A DNA stretch of 64,000 nt. It comes from Nitrosopumilus sp. (GTDB lineage: Archaea; Thermoproteota; Nitrososphaeria; Nitrososphaerales; Nitrosopumilaceae). Below are positions 60,596 through 64,000 of this stretch, one piece after another; positions within the stretch are counted from its first letter, which is position 1, and every line of letters begins with the position of its first letter. The stretch is taken from assembly GCA_965214775.1 (NCBI GenBank), contig OZ243974.1, forward strand, positions 2,528,001 through 2,592,000, given 5' to 3'. A program made the position numbers and the translations under genes. The notes under the pieces are model-generated. The model was not told the origin of the DNA, did not search any database, and saw nothing but the letters and a program-made list of their open reading frames with translations.

Positions 60596-61696
60596 ATGAT
60601 TTCTGGCTTTGCAACGTCTGAAGGAACAAGGAGGTTTGCTTCAAAATCAGGCGCAGACAAGGCCAATTTCAGAAGTTTTGCCGACTTGACTCTGTCAAAT
60701 GTAGGAATTGGAACTTATCTCGGCGATCCGACAAAAGAGACAGACGTGCTTGTAACTAGTGCCGTAAAAAAATCAATCGAATCAGGAGTTAATGTCGTCG
60801 ATACTGCAATCAATTACCGATCTCAAAAGGCCGAGCGCTCAGTTGGAAAAGCGCTGAGGGAACTGCTCGAAGAAGGCAAGGCTTCTCGAGATGAAATTTT
60901 TGTTAGCACAAAAAACGGATATGTTACAAATGATGCCGACGTCCAGCTAGGATTCTGGGAATATGTAAAGCAGGAATATACCGAAAAGGGAATTCTCAAA
61001 GAAGGCGACGTTACGTCCGGGTACCACTGTATGACAGTGCCGTATCTTTCTGATCAGCTTGACAAGAGTCTAAAAAACCTGGATCTTGAAACTGTTGACT
61101 TGATGTATTTGCACAATGCCGTAGAAGGACAAATCAAGGATGTTTCCATGGAAACATTTCTGAAAAGCCTCCGGTCCGTTTTTGAATTGTATGAGCAGAA
61201 ACGCGATGAAGGAAAGATCAAGTTTTATGGAATGGCCACCTGGGAATGCTTTAGAGTCCCAAGGGAAAACCCGCAATATCTTTCACTTGAAGACACGATT
61301 GCCATGGCAAAATCAGTAGGCGGGGAGAACCACGGGTTCAGGTTTATTCAGCTGCCATTTAACATGTATTATGATCAGGCACTTTTAGGAAAAACACAGA
61401 CATTTGGCTCTGATACTGTCTCTGCATTGGATGCCGCATCTAGACTAAACCTTGGCGTGTTTACCAGCGTTCCATTTATGCAGGGGCGGCTTTTGCAACC
61501 CGGCGTGATGCCGGAGTTTGGCGATATGAAGCCACCTATGAGGGCGCTGCAATTCATTCGCTCCTCCCCTGGCGTCCTGGCTCCCCTGGTCGGTCAAAAA
61601 TCATCAGCACATGTTGCCGAAAACCTGGAAATCATGAATGTTCCCCCGATTCCCGAAGATGAGTTTCCGGGAATTGTGAAAAAACTTACATCGTAG
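60596..61696 (+). CDS. Aldo/keto reductase
   Basis: GIGTY, VDTAINY, FVSTK, DLMYLHN. Confidence 0.92.
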   Translation: MISGFATSEGTRRFASKSGADKANFRSFADLTLSNVGIGTYLGDPTKETDVLVTSAVKKSIESGVNVVDTAINYRSQKAERSVGKALRELLEEGKASRDEIFVSTKNGYVTNDADVQLGFWEYVKQEYTEKGILKEGDVTSGYHCMTVPYLSDQLDKSLKNLDLETVDLMYLHNAVEGQIKDVSMETFLKSLRSVFELYEQKRDEGKIKFYGMATWECFRVPRENPQYLSLEDTIAMAKSVGGENHGFRFIQLPFNMYYDQALLGKTQTFGSDTVSALDAASRLNLGVFTSVPFMQGRLLQPGVMPEFGDMKPPMRALQFIRSSPGVLAPLVGQKSSAHVAENLEIMNVPPIPEDEFPGIVKKLTS

Positions 61697-61762
61697 ATTT
61701 TCTCGCTTTCAGTGCCAGAATTTTATAGAAAGATAATAAATGAGTTAGTCTTAATAACTACG

Positions 61763-62134
61763 ATGAATTTGCCTCCCAAGATATATGACTATACTGCCAT
61801 CTGCAGTTCCATTTTGTCAATTGACCCCAAAATCAGATTTGCAGGAGTCATTAATGACAGAGGAAGATTGGTTGCAGGCGGCATGAAAGAAAATGTCGAG
61901 CCGCTAGAGAATGAAAAAGACGACGAGATGATTTTCATGGAACTTGCATTGCGCGTAAGAATGCGAAAAGAGTTTGACAGGCAGTTAGGCCCAGTAAACT
62001 TTGCGATGGCCTCCCGCAAAAGGGCACTTGCAATTAGTGTCATAATTAATGACGACATCCTGTATGTTGTAGCAGAGCCTGATTCTGATTACGGTGTTCT
62101 GCCAAAGAAGATTTTAGAAATAGTCCGTTCCTGA
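61763..62134 (+). CDS. DUF6659-like (roadblock-like) thaumarchaeal protein
   Basis: KIRFAGVINDRGRLVAGG...FDRQLG. Confidence 0.8.
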   Translation: MNLPPKIYDYTAICSSILSIDPKIRFAGVINDRGRLVAGGMKENVEPLENEKDDEMIFMELALRVRMRKEFDRQLGPVNFAMASRKRALAISVIINDDILYVVAEPDSDYGVLPKKILEIVRS

Positions 62135-62193
62135 GTCTCTGTTTCCATACTTAACCTTGATTGATAACTACAATCGTACGAGGTCATCTGCTC

Positions 62194-62320
62194 GGGGTTG
62201 TCGCCTAATTCTGCTTGTTTGGCTCAACCTGCACGTTTTTCTGAACTTCCGCCTCTGCACGCCTGATCCATTGGCACCTCAATGATTTTCATGAATTCTG
62301 GTGAATTAGGCGACAGTCCC
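62194..62320. mobile_element. MITE family C copy
   Basis: GGGGTTGTCGCCTAATTC...GAATTAGGCGACAGTCCC; interior aligns with 21947-22076. Confidence 0.85.
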
Positions 62321-62429
62321 ACCTACAACCACCCGATCCGTAGCACTACCACCGTTCACCCAAATAAGTAGCAAAACTGGGGGAATCACTGCGTCCTGAT
62401 GGCTGATCCGGGGAACTTTTTTCATCCTG

Positions 62430-64000
62430 TCAGTTAAGCTTGGTCACATCACGGGAAAAGAAAAGATCCACAAGCCAGTCAAGCCCCACCCTAACCCTCT
62501 TCTCCAACACCGGAAGGGTGGACAGATAGTACTGCTTCCATACAAACCAGGCGGCAAACCCAGTTAGGTTGACTCCGAACATCCTTGCGACGCCGTCCCG
62601 CCTGCCGATCTTTGCCATGGATCCCTTCGACGAGTAAAGAAACCTGGACAGCTGTCCTCCACCACGTACAGAACAGATCAGGTTCTGCGCCACAACCCCT
62701 GCCTCCCTGATTGCATGCTGGGCAGTCGGGGGATATGGGTTGTTTTGAGGATCCAGGATGTGGGCGCAGTCGCCTAGCGCAAACACATCAGGATGGTTGG
62801 GAACCCTTAGAAACTCATCTACCATGATCCTGCCAGTCCTATCGTGCTCTATTCCCATGGACTTTACGAAATCCTGCGGTTCGTTTCCGCCGGCCCAGAC
62901 CAGCACCGAATAACGCAGCCCGGAGCCATCGCTCAGCGATATCTCGGAGCTACTAGCATCGGTAACCTTGGTGTTGTAGACTATTTTCACGCCCGCCCTT
63001 CCCAGGGATCTGGCAGCATACTCTCCCAGGGCTCCGATTTCAGGCAGGATGTGATCCCTTGCCGAGATTAGCGTCACCTGGATGGAGCCGGAATCTATGT
63101 TCCTGTAGTATCTTTGTGACGATTCCCTGATGAACTCGTTGATCTCACCTGCAGTCTCAACCCCCGAAAAGCCGCCCCCTACTATGACAAACGACAGGAG
63201 GCCGGCCTGGCTCGAGACTTCCTGCTGGTCTGCCAACTCCAGCTGTGCAATTACCTGGTTCCGCAGGCGGTTGGCATCATCAAGTGTCTTTATCGTGACT
63301 GCATGCCTCCTTATCCCCTCGTTTCCAAAGAATCCGGTCTTTGTTCCGGCTGCAATCACGAGATAGTCGTATTCCAGCTGGCTGTCCCCGTTTGAATTCC
63401 TGATGGCCGCCAGCCGCCTCTTAAAGTCAACGCCAGTAACCTGAGCCTGGTAGAACCTGGCCCTCTTGCAAAAGTTCCTGATCGGCGTGGCAATGTGCCG
63501 CGGCTCTATCGTCCCAGTTGAGAGCTCTGGCAGCATTGGCGTGTGGAGGAAAAAGTTGTTCTCTGAAACAATGGAAATACTGACGTCGACGTCTTTTTCA
63601 AACCTCTTCTGTATTTTCTCTAACACGCCGACGCCTGCATAGCCGCCACCCAGAATTACGATCTTTTTGGTGTCAGGATGTGCAGACACGTGGATGTACC
63701 GGTGGTGCTCATTAAAGGTGGAAATCTTTGAGAACTCTACGTCACACGTGTGACACCTGTAGTTCATCCCCTTTTTGACGGTCATGACAGAGGATGACGC
63801 CCCGAGCGTGATGCCCCACAGAGCATGGCTGAAAAACGCCCCGAGTAGATACTCTATTGAGAACACCGCCCCTGCAGCAGGGGTATCGCTTATCTCTGCC
63901 ACTATGGGCCAAATCAAAAAATACTGTACGGGAAACGCAAAGACGACGGTCACGACAATGCCTGCTATGACGCCAAACGCTATACCGCTTGATATCTTTG
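62430..64000 (-). CDS. Type II NADH dehydrogenase-like flavoprotein with an N-terminal membrane domain and C2H2 finger (start outside the window)
   Basis: Two Rossmann motifs (GGGYAG, GGGFSG), VFALGD, PPTAQHA; CHTC...HHRYIH; TM segments at the window edge. Confidence 0.88.
   Translation of the reverse strand, partial: KISSGIAFGVIAGIVVTVVFAFPVQYFLIWPIVAEISDTPAAGAVFSIEYLLGAFFSHALWGITLGASSSVMTVKKGMNYRCHTCDVEFSKISTFNEHHRYIHVSAHPDTKKIVILGGGYAGVGVLEKIQKRFEKDVDVSISIVSENNFFLHTPMLPELSTGTIEPRHIATPIRNFCKRARFYQAQVTGVDFKRRLAAIRNSNGDSQLEYDYLVIAAGTKTGFFGNEGIRRHAVTIKTLDDANRLRNQVIAQLELADQQEVSSQAGLLSFVIVGGGFSGVETAGEINEFIRESSQRYYRNIDSGSIQVTLISARDHILPEIGALGEYAARSLGRAGVKIVYNTKVTDASSSEISLSDGSGLRYSVLVWAGGNEPQDFVKSMGIEHDRTGRIMVDEFLRVPNHPDVFALGDCAHILDPQNNPYPPTAQHAIREAGVVAQNLICSVRGGGQLSRFLYSSKGSMAKIGRRDGVARMFGVNLTGFAAWFVWKQYYLSTLPVLEKRVRVGLDWLVDLFFSRDVTKLN

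Overview
The window looks like the chromosome of an ammonia-oxidising archaeon of the Nitrosopumilaceae. This is inferred from gatCAB-aspS, purP, the zinc-insert aRF1, a PhnD with the thaumarchaeal PEWIKTNAGWW domain, a PEFG-CTERM cupredoxin and DUF6659. A giant repetitive surface protein, many IS/MITE insertions, pseudogenes and microsatellites suggest a host-associated (e.g. sponge) lineage, but this is inference. Core genes: aminotransferase, acsA-like ligase, gatBAC-aspS, purP, phnDCE, cbtAB, DsbA-like, aRF1, HIT, ilvD, XPD/DinG helicase (apparent CTG start), trpEGDCBA, pyrG, NAD kinase, PfkB, MenA-like, aldo/keto reductase and an NDH-2-like fusion. Three full-length IS elements (IS630, IS5/IS4-like, single-ORF IS66) and five MITE types can be delimited by terminal inverted repeats (TIRs) and target-site duplications (TSDs). 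Removing the insertions in silico restores three hidden genes. The best candidate for an undescribed system is an orphan three-gene operon (38925-42142) encoding a COMM-domain-like protein, a basic/helical protein and an IS-split protein with an SRA/YDG-like motif pattern. A DUF5678 plus retropepsin pair (9308-10132) is the second candidate. No rRNA, tRNA or CRISPR array was recognised. All family assignments are by eye, not by database search.
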